Part shown: in pieces, positions 10,646 to 22,553 of the stretch
How the letters are laid out: each line of letters starts with the position of its first letter
Position numbering within the stretch: the first letter of the stretch is position 1
Assembly (NCBI RefSeq): GCF_018977255.1
Contig: NW_024704742.1
Coordinates: forward strand, 36,706,001 to 36,770,000
DNA from: Callorhinchus milii
Lineage: Eukaryota
Length of the DNA: 64,000 nt
Direction: 5' to 3'
Notes under the pieces: generated by a model
Databases searched by the model: none
What the model saw: only the letters and a program-made list of their open reading frames with translations
Told to the model about the DNA's origin: nothing
Program-made: the position numbers and the translations under genes

Positions 10646-11255
10646 TCTGATAAACTCAAGTAGAACTGAGCCTGGGATGATCAGCCTTTATCTCCGCAGC
10701 ATTTATAAACCTTTTCAACAAATTAGTTTACAAAATGGACTTTTTGTCGCACGTACTGTAATACAGGCTCATGAAACAATATTGATGAAGTAGCAACAAA
10801 TGTGCAGCGCAGGAGAGAAAATAATTAATTAGGTTCTTATTGGGGGAGGAATGCTCTAAGCACATTATGTTGGTTCCCAGACAAATTGAATTAGAAACTT
10901 GGCAGAGACAGAAAGGAAACTGTCAGTGGAACAAGAGACAGCATTGCATTTAGCTATTTGGCTATTTGGTCACTAAACTTCTTGGATTACTGAATAATAT
11001 GAAACAATCCCTGAAAAATTAAAACAATATTTTTTGAAAGAAATAGTCACATTCTCCTTCAGATTATGTTGCAATAAATAAACCAGTTGTTTTTTTTGTA
11101 GACGGTGGATGCAACAGTTAAACAAAGGAAATGAGTCCTCAGGAAACACACATGAGATTTATATTATAAAAGAAGAAATCCAAGGAATGTTCAATAAATC
11201 CCATCGATATTTCTCTAAATGGCATCAAGTAAACTGTGTATATTGAAATGTTGTA

Positions 11256-11681
11256 GAGTTCTGTAGCTTAGTGGTTAGAGCACTAGCCTTGCATGCGAGA
11301 AGACCTGGGTTCGATTCCTGGCAAGGCAAAACATTAGGCAAGTTTCCTTACTCCACATGGCTCTGTTTACCTAGCAGTAAGTAGGAATCCGGTTGTTAGT
11401 CAATTGACGGATCGCTTTTCTGGGGTAATAATCCCTTAATGTAAATAAATAATAATAATTTTCTCACTCAATCCATGACTTTATGGGACACTGCCATGCG
11501 CCATTGGTTACCACGTTTTGCCCACAAAATATACAGTCAATTCACTTTACAGTGTTCTGAGATGCCGTCCGGCGTGGAGGGCACTATATAAATCCAAGTT
11601 GTTGTTGTTGTTACAGTATATTCTGTGAAGAGCTTTGAGAATTCTCGAAGATATGATAAGGCACAATATCAAATGCAAGGA
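11256..11681 (+). mobile_element. SINE, long subtype, with nested 57-bp L2-B tail (11554-11610)
   Basis: Head, long segment and tail present; the insert is flanked by TSD TTACAGT (11547-11553 and 11611-11617). Confidence 0.9.
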
Positions 11682-12659
11682 CACAATTATACAGGACTAG
11701 CTTACAATTAAACTAGTCCTGTGTAATTGTGTGCCAGATACTGTAACGTTTTAGCCTTGTAGGAATATATTCATTAAAAATCCGCCTGTTCTCTCATAGC
11801 AGCATGCTGTGCTTTTGTTCAGTCTAGTCAGACAGCTGTGTTGCCCCAGTGTTACATCTCCATGACCACCCACACACATACTTTAGGTGTTTCCGTGACA
11901 AAAGGTTGACTGATTTACAAATGATGAAGTGAGTAGCGATGCATGATATTTATTTATAAAAAAAGCAACTAGGCATGAACTGTAGAAAAGGTTTACAAAT
12001 AGACATCTTTTTGAAAATAGGATATTATCTAACTGAGAAGGCCAATGCATTAAGATGCCACTGAAGAACAGTGATACTCAGTGTGATGTACCTCACATTT
12101 TCTTGAGTAATATGCACATTGGATTTTACTTCAGCTATTCCGTGCAGATAAAATAACTTAAAGAAACTTATTGGTTAGCAATTTCTCTCCCAGTTTATTT
12201 TGCTTTCTGACTATTCATTTGGATGTATTATTTTTATTTGATGCACAAATTAATAAAGTTTATCAAAATACCAAAATGAACAGAAAATAGAGATTGTTGT
12301 GTGCATGTTGCTGCCGCCTTTGTAGTCAACGTAAGGTGAGTGCAGCAATCTGCCAACTCACTGGTTAATGCTTCAAGGTTAAATGAGAAACATTTGGGAG
12401 TATTGAAAGCAGCTGTGAAAGCTGTAGTTTGTAGCTACCATTCAAGTTCATCCCTGCTCTACTCAGGAATCAGCAGCTCACACTCTATTCAGTCTCTGAT
12501 GCTATCAAACAGTTGTTATGATCAAACATGGATCCGTCCATGTTCATCACTATCACTATGCCGTCCGGCATGAAGGGCGCTGTATAAATGTAAGTTGATG
12601 TTGTTGTTGAACCTGTCTGTCTGTCGGTAGGTCTGTCTATCTGTCTGTCACTGAAAATA

Positions 12660-12895
12660 TTATGTGAAGATGTTGAATTCATTACCACAGAAGGCCAAAG
12701 TTACAAAATCAATTGAGCTGTTCAAAAGGAAGGCAGATAGATACTGGGAAGGGCATTCCTGGTATCTATCTGTGGAGAAAGGTGAAACAATGGGGAAAAT
12801 TGGATTAACAGAGCTGGTATCATCTGATAAAGTGGTGGCAGAAACTCAACAGGTTAAATCACCTATTGCTGTTTCTAAGTTCTTATATATTTCTT
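12660..12895 (+). mobile_element. Degenerate CR1 LINE 3' fragment
   Basis: NSLPQKAKVTKSIELFKRKADRYW resembles the CR1 ORF2 C-terminus (WNSLP...S...FK..LD.). Confidence 0.6.
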
Positions 12896-14065
12896 GTAAG
12901 TAGAAGCAATAATATAAATTTCTACAAGGAGAAATAAATATTGTACTCTAAGTGATTCAGAGAGATATAGAAAGTTGGAAAAAGAAATGTGCGCTTGATC
13001 ACTTTTACTGCGAAAAGGAAGTGAAAGTCTGTTGAGAAATCTATTAGTGGGAGGGAAAATCTCTCCAGTGTATTGCTACACAGATGTTCAGGCATAACAG
13101 AATACAAAAGAGTGGAACTTGCATCAAATCAGAAACTTCATGAATAGACCTACACCTGCACTTCAGTGCTTGAGAAAGCAGTGCCTATTAGCAACAGTTT
13201 CATTTGCTTCTCTGTGCTGTTAAAAGTAGGCAAGTTAAAGACGCCATTGATTAAGATCAGATATAATGTATTAGTAACATACAGTATGATTTACCCATCA
13301 ATTTCATGCCATGGATTAACTTCTTCAGAGCTAATGGTGAGCATAATCCGCATCAATATCAGTAACATCAAGAAGATTTGCTGTCTTGCACCTTACAAAA
13401 ACACCAGTTATTTGGTTAAAATAGAAACCTTTTTATTGCTGTTCATTTCCAATGAACACGAACAATGAAACTTGAAATAAATGGTATCAGACAGATACAA
13501 AACCCTTCCAGTAGAGCTCACCCCCTTAAGGATTTTAAGTCAATATTCTCACCGGCTAGAATTTGATCTCTGTCACAGATATTAGACAACGGTAATAAAG
13601 CAGCTGCTTTTTTGATTCCATGCAACATTTTTGGCGATTGGACAGCAGTTTGTTCCGCATGCTCTGCTTGGAAAATATGTTTCTCCCTAAGAGATACACT
13701 GCAGAGATACACATGTGTTTCCTTTGAAAATGGTGCCAAGTCATCAAGTCTTTCTAGTCAGATTCATTTAAAAACAATTGTGGATGTGGGGATGTGTATG
13801 CAAGTGTGCTTTTCTCTGTATCAATTAAATATATTGAAGATCGTGAAGAGAAATGACAGAACAAGACAATGAGGTCAAGAAAACACCAGAGAAATAGACA
13901 GATTACTGAGTAAGGTACTAACTACTGTATGTAACCTTAGCTGTTGGGGATTGCGTAACAATACCACCAACTGTGCAAAGCAACTCAGGCTCATTTAAGG
14001 CTTTTTAGTTATTGCATTTTGCCTATAAACTCAGTCACTTCACTGTTCAGTAAACAAAATGAGTA

Positions 14066-14680
14066 AATGTAATCCTTACATTTGATACAGCATCTTTCAC
14101 ATCAGAGCGCTCAAAGTGCTAAAATGTTACTGTGAAGCGTAGTGATTGTGCAGGCGAATGCGGCAGCTAAATTGCACAGAGCAGAGAGAGCCATGAAGTG
14201 AATGACCAATTTTATCTGGGTGGGGTTTTGGCCAGGACATCGGGAGAAATTTCCTTCTCCTTTCAAATCATGCCACTGGATCTTTAATGTCCACCTGGAC
14301 AGGCAGACAGGACAGGTTTAACGTCTCATCTGAAGGATGCACCTCCGTCAATGCGGCATTATCTAGCACCAAATTGGAATGTCAGCCTAACCAGGGTCGT
14401 CCAACTGGTGGCCCACGGGCTGATTTCATCCGCCCCTCTCCATCCATTTCATCTTGACCACATCCATAACCCGTATATGTTATGTTATGTTTCTGGAAGG
14501 GAAACACAAAAATATTGTTTATGCAACCTATGGATGTTTCTCAAATAGGACATGCGGCCCTCAACAGCAAAAAGGTTGGACCAACCTGGCCCTAGACTAT
14601 ATGAGTTCAAGGTCTTGACATGGAGTTGACCCCACAACCTTCTGAGTTAAAGGTGTATTTGCTCCCAACTGAGCCAACCT
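14066..14680 (-). mobile_element. Old Deu-domain SINE, full length, interrupted by a hAT MITE
   Basis: Head at 14620-14680 (minus strand GGCTCAGTTGGGAGCA...CAGAAGGTTGTGGGGTCAA), Deu body, tail near 14070. Confidence 0.8.
14392..14588. mobile_element. hAT/Charlie-type MITE (~197 bp)
   Basis: TIRs CAGGGTCGTCCAAC / GTTGGACCAACCTG; subterminal GCGGCCCTC..AAAAAGGTTGGA; degenerate TSD GCCTA(G)AC / GC(C)CTAGAC with the CTAG core typical of Charlie elements. Confidence 0.8.
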
Positions 14681-14847
14681 AATACATCAGTCTAACTCCT
14701 GTGTTTTGAGATGTCCCACTGATACGAAAGATGCTGTATCAAATGCAAGGATTTTAAAGATATTTTTTATTTCTATTTCTGAACTATTGAAAGAGGACTG
14801 TTCACAGCGTGGGTAGTTCTGGATACCAAAGTGCTGTGAGATATAAA

Positions 14848-15150
14848 ACAACAAAAACAAATTAGATTTGTATAGCACCTTTCACGTCAGGAGGATGTCA
14901 CAAGGTGCTGGACAGTCAGGGATCCGCACCTGAGCTGGTGGTTGGGATCAGGAGAGGTGGAGGCTAGGGGTAGGAAGGTGACCAAAGGCACGGTTGAAGA
15001 GGAGGGTCTTGCAACGGGTCTTGAAGGAGGCAAGAGAGGGGGCAAGGTAGAGGGACTGTGGGATGGTGTTTCAGAGGGTGGGGGCAGAGAGACTGAAGGC
15101 CCGTGAAGGAGGATGTGAAGCAGGCCGGAGCCCTCTGAGCAGAGGCCATC
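14848..15150 (-). mobile_element. L2 3' fragment
   Basis: (AAC)n-like tail, stem-loop and 3' ORF2/UTR similarity to 4536-5254. Confidence 0.85.
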
Positions 15151-17426
15151 CTCGTGACTATATAGGTGTCAGCTTGGCTCAGTGGGTAGCACTGTTACTA
15201 TACTTTATATCATGTAAAACACTTTGAGACGGCCTCCCGACATGAAAGGTGCTATATCAAACATAAGAATTATTATTAAGTTTATTGAATGTGAGAGATG
15301 CGTGAATGGGGTCCAAAATGACAGACAAGCTCAACGATCTGAATGACTGTTTTGAATTATTATTTCACAAAATGTATTTTGAAAGAATGATTTTAACAGA
15401 TGCACAGTATTTGATCTAGTTTAAATCTCTAAACATTGAACCAAGTGTAGATTTTTTAGTTAGAGCAGTAAAGAAAAATATCCCAGACAGCTATGATTAC
15501 AACCTATTTTTAATGGTAACTAATATTGTTTAAAAGCATGTAATAATGCCATTCTGCTACTGATACATCATTGTAATGTTAAATAAATACTTTGTGGTAA
15601 AATACGATTTTTATACATTGCCTAAAGAGGATGGATAAAATAATACTTTTCAAGATACTTTTACTTTAGCACTCAATATATCTAGTTACTTAAGAGCTGT
15701 TAGTAGACATTTGTGAAGTGTCTTGACATCTCTCCGGTATAAAATGCTAATTCTGTAATAGCTGGTCAGTTTTGATGTATTGTCAGTTGATGATGGTTTA
15801 CTGTGCAGTAGCACAGCACTCCTCGAATATGTTTACACTCACTGACATCCTCATTTGTCTTGGAAGATAGTATCTTCTGTCACATTAACGTCTTCATTTT
15901 TTCGGAAAGCAATAAATGAGGATCTGTTTAAAAGTGGTCAGATGCAATGATGTATAGTAATAAATAATAATCCTTGCATTTGATATAGCGCTTTATCACG
16001 TCTTTGAGATGTCTCAAAGCTCTTCAAGAGAGTATAGAGAGATACTGAAACAAATGAGATGTAAACATTAATGGAATTTGTTTTCTGTTTCTGATGTTTT
16101 ATTCTGTTGGTTTCATATCGTTTCATTACTTTGCCAGTCTGTTTGCACAGGGCCACATTAGCTGCTTTTAGATTACTTTTCAATTGAACATACACTGAAT
16201 ATAATTTTAAAAAATAAACTGATTTAGCGAGAGGGACGAACACCATATAAATGACATTCTTCTTATCGTTTAGATGATTCCGGCAAATTAACAATATCTC
16301 ATTTTTATTTATTTCCACAAGGTGGGCTCGGCTACACGAGCATTAAATTCCGCACTCCCATCACCCCAAACTTTGCCAGGCTGTGCTGTACTGCACTGCA
16401 TTGGCTCCCTGTCTCTCAAAGGATCGATTTACCCTCAAACACAAATGCCTTCATGCCCAAGCACCTCCCTATCTCTGTGACCAGCTCACACCCTGCTCCT
16501 TCTCACTCTGCTAGCTCAGCCCTGCTGTGCGTACTTGACTGCTCTAACCACTATGCTCATAGCCTCTGGAATTACCAAGCCTCAATCTCTCTGCTTATCC
16601 TCACTTAAGACTTACCTCTTTGCCCTCCCCCTTTAGGGCATTGTATAAATACAAGTTGTTGTTTTATGATATAAAGTATGGAATATAGATTTTGTCCACA
16701 TTTGCTCTTGTAAAATAAAACTGTCTCCCTAATATTTAATTGATGAAATAAGGCACGGTGCCATACAGACCTTTATGAATTTTGTTACAAAAGTCACTTT
16801 GTTGATGTTGACAGTTCCATGATTTGAAAAATGCTTAAACCTCTTCATATTCAAAGAAATTCCATGAGAAATCTTTCATTCTGCTCAGTGGGGTCCATGG
16901 AAGGATTTATACTTGTAATACAATATTATGTTTGATGGTTGGTGGATTAGTGTTTGAAGATAAAGGAAAACTGCAGCTTGAACTTCCAGTAATACTGTTA
17001 AACATGCCTTAAGCACAGCGATGCCCGAGGGTAATTGAATTGTTTCTTCCGGATAAAAGAGAGTTTGCTCTCGGATACTCAGTTGCACCGCGCCTTCATT
17101 TAATTTGTTATAGGCAATTTCTGGAAAGCATATTCATTTGGATCAGCCAGTACAAGCTCTTATATAGGAACATAGGAAAACAAGGACAACCTATCAAGGC
17201 CATTCCACCAGTTTATTAGATTTTAGACCGATCTTTTCATCCCCATATCCTGCCTTTCATCACACCCTTTAATACCTCTACTCCCCTTACAGATAAAAGC
17301 ATATGCAGTGATACACTGAACTATTACACTGCGTATAAAGTCTGGATCTTGCTATGTGATTCTACTATCACTTTGATCTCGTTCATATATCGTTTCTCTA
17401 GTTATTAACTAGGCAAGGTGCAAAAA

Positions 17427-17862
17427 GAACAACAAATTACATTTGTATAATGCCTTTCATGTCAAGAGTGCGTCCCAAGACACTGGACAGTCAGGGATTT
17501 GGACCCGAGCAAGGGTTTGGGATAAGGGAGAGTGGAGAGCAGGGAAGGTGACCGAAGGTGCGGTTAAAGAGGAGGATGTTGAGGTATGCCTTGAAGGAGG
17601 CAAGGGAGGCAGCCAGGGAAAGGGACTGTGGGAGGGAGTTCCAAAGGGTGGTTGCAGAGAGGCTGAAGGCTCGACCTGAACAACAACAACAAGATTGCAT
17701 TTATAGAGCGCCTTTCACGTCGGGAGGACATCCCAAAACGCTGGCCTGAAGGGTGTAGAGCAGGCCCGAGAGTGCTGAGTGGAGGGAGCGTACAGGTTGA
17801 TATGGGGTTAGCAAGTCATAGAGGTAGCAAGGAGCAAGGCTGTGGTGGGTCTTGAAGGCGAA
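17427..17862 (-). mobile_element. L2 3' fragment with nested 64-bp L2 tail (17681-17744)
   Basis: [19 protein letters not shown]...FKAYL; the nested tail is flanked by TSD CCTGAA (17675-17680 and 17745-17750). Confidence 0.88.
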
Positions 17863-17889
17863 GATAAATAAAATTTAAAAAAAGAGATT

Positions 17890-19359
17890 TTAAAAAATCA
17901 ATGGATTAGATATGGCATTCATTATGATATACTTTAGTTTGGACAGTAAGGCACAAAGTTGTATAAAATCTATTTTCTAAAATATAAATAATTTTAATAA
18001 TCTGTTACATTTTACTCAAGGTCCAGGTGGTGTTAGGTAACTTCTGGTGCTTACAATACAAAACATTTTACATTATATTGTGCCTTTCATGTCAGGAGAA
18101 TGTCTCAAAGAGCTCACAAAGCTGGATGGGCACCTGAGTGCCAAGTTAGGTGGGGAGAGGAAAGATGACCAAAGAGCAGTCAAAGAGGTATGATTTGAGA
18201 CATTCCTTGAATGAGGGAAGATAGGATGTGCTTAGTTCAACAGTGAACACAAAGCATTACAATGTCAAATTCACCTTAAACCAGAAGAGTCTCTGAGCTG
18301 GAGCTGCTCCCCTCTCATTATATATAGATGCTATCTTCTTTAATGTCATCCTAAGGGATGCTTGGCAAGAATTTTGCAAACTCATGTGCGGAGACTCCTG
18401 AGCTCCCTAACCGAGGATCATTAATATCTTAGTCTTAGTGTTATTTTGGATCAAACCGTGGGGTGGATAGCTATGTAAACAAAACATATTTAGTAAACAA
18501 ACAGTAGATGTGAAATCTGAATTGTTTATGGTATTTCAATTGGAATAATGCATTTTGTTCATTGTCTTGCCAGATCTAGAACAGGCTGAAGGGTTTATGT
18601 TTTGTACCTGCAATGAATCATCCAGATTTTCAGATTGGCAAAGAAATCTAAAAACATTCCTGTTTAACGAGATCCATAGAGCTTGTGTTTATCATAAGTC
18701 TTAAGCATTGGGCCACAGTATCTTGAAATTATTTTTAACATTGTCTTAGTTATGAGAAGGAAAGGAATAGCTTCTGAAACAGAATAGATGGAATAAATCA
18801 GGTCCAGCTGAAATGATGGTGAACTTGACCCATGAATCCGTGATTGTTCCCCTGGTGTAATTGACAGGATTTGATAAATCGAGAATGAACAGTATGATCA
18901 TTTAAGCCTTGTTGCTTTTGCATTACCATACCATCATTACCATACTTGTAATGATCTCTCCCAAGTCCATACAGAAAGCATATTAATCAACACAGAGCTT
19001 TATTTGTCCTTTTGACACCAAAGGTTATACTTGAGTCCTGAAAAGACTAGTACACACTGGTACAGTCTCATTGATCTTGTTTCATTATGATACATCTGTC
19101 TTCCACTGACTAAGATCTAAATTTGACTCATAACCAATTCATTATGTTCAAAGGTGTGTGGAATACAAACTATTGGGCTACAAACCAGTAGTCATACTTT
19201 CAAGCTGCAGTTTGCTTTCAATGTGTAAAGGAAAAAGGATAATCTAATCCCACACAAGTGTAAGTTTTATGCGGCTTTGTGCCTTGCTATCCAAACTAAA
19301 CTAAAGGATGTCACCATGAACAGTAGATGAATAGTATATCTCATCCGATGATTTTTTAA
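17890..19359. repeat. Inverted repeat pair (~80-95 bp arms, 1.3 kb apart); possible DNA-transposon remnant
   Basis: 17890-17968 matches the reverse complement of 19265-19359 (AAAAAATCA..GGAT.AGATAT; TTTAGTTTGGA.AG.AAGGCACAAAG..G.ATAAAA). Confidence 0.75.
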
Positions 19360-19678
19360 TCATGTTTAATTTTTAAAAAATTTCCATGCAATTGTCTGCC
19401 AGATGTCACGCACTGAATATACAGTCAATTTACTTTACAGTTTATTCTCTGAAGTGTTTTGAGATGTCTTGAAGACGTGATAATGTGCTATATCAAATGC
19501 AAGGATCATTGATTATTGTTTATTTATAATAATAATAATCCTTGTATTTTATACAGGGCCTTATCACATTATTGAGACGTCTCAAAGTGCCTCAATGCTT
19601 TCATGCATTTCATGCTGATCTGTGTTTCTTACTAAGAAGCTCACAGAGAGTTACCGGTGTCAAAGGCATGTGGTTTCC

Positions 19679-19808
19679 AACTCCAGCAGTATCCCAACTG
19701 ACACTCTGGGGTCCCCAAGCGTTGACTCTTCGAAACGTGCGCCTAATACCCTGGAATAAAGTAAGCAGGGCACATCCTGCCAGGAAGAGAGTGCGCAATC
19801 CATTCCAG
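19679..19808 (-). repeat. Unclassified old interspersed repeat, copy 2
   Basis: Minus strand reads CTGGAATGGATTGCGCACTCTCTTCCTGG...TATTAGGCGCA...GCTTGGGGACCCCAGAGTGT...TACTGCTGGAGTT, matching 3843-3975. Confidence 0.75.
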
Positions 19809-21490
19809 ATGCAGTTATATTACTGAAACATGACTGTACTAGCAATATAAATCTTCCCTGTTTACTAAACAAATGTACTGTATTCCTGACTTCTTGTGAC
19901 TTGCTTAGACTCAGGTTTTATTTGAAAGTTTGAATTACAGAATGTTTACAGTGTAAAGTGAGGCCATTTGGATCATCATGTTTGTGTTGCTATTAGTTCT
20001 TCCACTGGAACTGTTTAATATCCAATGCAAAGAAAGACATATATGTCCTGTACACCGGAAGATTGAACTGAGATCTCATTAATCTAGACCGAATGTGTTC
20101 AGGCTTCCTTCTGCCCTGGATTTTCTTGCTTTCCAGACACTATCAGTTTATCAGCTCAATGCATGAACTGTACTTGACTGTGCGACAAGATCACAAGTGA
20201 AGATTGGATGAGAAGACCTTCGGCCCATCCTTCCTGCTAACCTGTTCCAGTCAGTAGTTACCCTCTGGGTAAAGATTGATTTGAACTGAGCAGCTTCTGA
20301 TATCTTGATCTGAATCACATGGCTTCATGCCTGGTTTTCAGTTGGTTACAGATGGCAATTTTAGTCCATACTGGACCCGAGTACATAATTGTATGTATGT
20401 GAATAATGTCAACTTTACTACTGGTCATTTGCAAACTCTTGTATGTTGGTAACAGTATAAACTGTGGAAGAACCTCCTTGGTCTTTTTTCTTTTTTCACT
20501 GCAGTAGGAGTTTGGCACTTACTCTGTTGTTCTTGGGCTGCTTATTCTAAGTGCAAGGAAGTTTAAGTGCTGTTTATTCTTCCAGGTGAGTTCTCGCTCA
20601 AAATGCAGTAACAGTGGTTCAGTGAGACACCAGACTCCAGCAATATGGAGTGCAACACCCATCGCTGCCGATACTCAATAAAAGCACTTAATTTAAGGTG
20701 ATAAGAATAACACATACCTTGGAATGATTTGAACTCTGTAACCTAATCTCTGTAGATTGAGGGAGGGGGTGGCTGGGGTCACAGTCATTTCAGATGACAT
20801 ATAAACCATATAAACTTAATTGTTAATTTTGTGATACTCGAATGCCTCCAGCTTATCCAGCATCCTGCATTTAATGTGTTACCACTGCAGTGTGTCTTGG
20901 AGTATAAAAGCATTATTCTACGTTCTCTCTAATGCACAAAAATGCTTTTAATTATAACATAAAAGTGCAGTGGAATATTAGTGCAACCACAATGTAGTGT
21001 TACCAAAAGTGTCACCAGTTTATTTTACAGTGAAACAATATTGTATGTAGAGCAATCCTGTGCCTGTACAAAAAAAACTTTCATATTGTGAGTTATTTGC
21101 TCACACTCCACTGTCCTTTCCTAATTTTCTGTAGAGCCAGTCAACCACTAAATGGGCATCGTCTGAGTGTGGGCCTGATGCATTAGCATTATCGGTGCCA
21201 TTGTTTATCCACCACTGAGGGCACTGCATTAGAGGTTCAGCGGCGACTGTAAGATCAAAGTTGCAATATGAAGCTTGAATCCACACAACGTTCTGACTAA
21301 GTGGCATGAGTGCTGCCAACTAAGCCCAAGATCCAGGGTTTCTGTAATACTGGTCCTTGTGAATTCCACCCTAATTGGCAATAGGAGGTAAATTTAAAAT
21401 GTTTTGTGAGGACTGGTGCGTTTGCAAGCGGCAATAGTCAGTAATATCATGGAAAGCGAACATGATTTCAATTCAATATGAAAGGTATAT

Positions 21491-21810
21491 GGGAGTCCTG
21501 TAGTTCAGTGGTTAGAGCACTCGCCTCGCGATGGAGAGACTGGGGTTTGATTCCCAGCAGGACGAAGCCTTGGGCAAGTTTCCTTACTCCACACACCTGA
21601 TAATAATCCCTCGAGAAGAAAAAAAATAAGAATTTGATCACTCAATTCACGACTGTATGTGGGAACCTGCTGTGCACAATTGGCTGCCATGTTTTGCCCA
21701 CAAAATATACAGTCAATTCACTTTATAGTATTTTCTGTGAAGCGCTTTGAGATGCCTCGAGGACGTGAAAAGTGCTATATCAAATGCAAGGATTATTATT
21801 TTATTATTAT
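21491..21810 (+). mobile_element. tRNA-derived SINE, short subtype
   Basis: Head, body and tail as in 7592-7910. Confidence 0.92.
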
Positions 21811-22160
21811 AAGGTGTTTTCTAAGGATGCTATGTCTTTGTATTGATCCTGCTGATACCAATTCAGCTATAAAAACTTAATTATAACCTAATAACACTGC
21901 ACCTAGGTGCCAACTTTAATTTTTAGGATTGTGAGGCCATTTTCATGATTGCAATGTTGATCCTTCATAAAGCAGCTTTCTACTCTTGTCCTTGACATCT
22001 GATGATTTATTAGTCAATAAAGCATGGAAGAATGAATGTTTGTGCAGAGAAAAAAAATCTTTAAGTGAAACTGCTACCTGAAATCTTAGAGAATTGTACA
22101 TTGAAATGAAAAATGTGAATCGCTTCTTGGCTTTTTGTGCTCAGATCAAGTGCAGTATAG

Positions 22161-22553
22161 CAGTTCAAGATCCTCACCCTCGTATTCAAGTCCCTGCACT
22201 CCTTTTCCCCCCCCCCTACCTCTCTGACCTCCTCTCTCCCCAAAACAGCACCCGTTGCCTTCGTTCCTCCGGGTCTGGCCTCTTCCTTGTCCCCCGAGTC
22301 CTCCGCTCTACCCTCGGCGGCCGTGCCTTCAGCCACGATGCCCCAAGGCTCTGCAACTGCCTTCCTCACTCCCTTCGTCTCGCTCCCTCCCTTCCTATTT
22401 TCAGGTCTCTGGTGAAGACCTTTCTTTTCGACCGCGCTTTGGTCACCCTCCCCCCCTCCCCTGGCTCGGCCCCAGGACCCGAAACTGTAAAGCGCTCTGA
22501 GACGCCGTCCAGCATGGAGGGCGCTATATAAATCCAAGTTGTTATTGTTGTTG
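22161..22553 (+). mobile_element. L2-clade LINE, family B, 3' fragment
   Basis: [45 protein letters not shown]; tail AGCGCTCTGAGACGCCGTCCAGCATGGAGGGCGCTATATAAATCCAAG(TTG)n differs from family A. Confidence 0.9.

Noticed and set aside
11964..11978. Exact 15-mer AGCAACTAGGCATGA shared with 27004-27018
   Set aside because: About one such match is expected by chance in a window this size, and the flanks do not extend the match.
13300..13740. Minus-strand exon candidates (REKHIFQAEH...LRG|GTGAG; ARQQIFLM...DG|GTAAAT)
   Set aside because: No recognisable homology and no consistent multi-exon frame; cannot be supported without RNA data.
19655..19760. Coding exon on either strand (e.g. GIRRTFRRVNAWGPQ...)
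   Set aside because: The sequence is a copy of the dispersed repeat also at 3843 and 38871; no protein similarity recognised.
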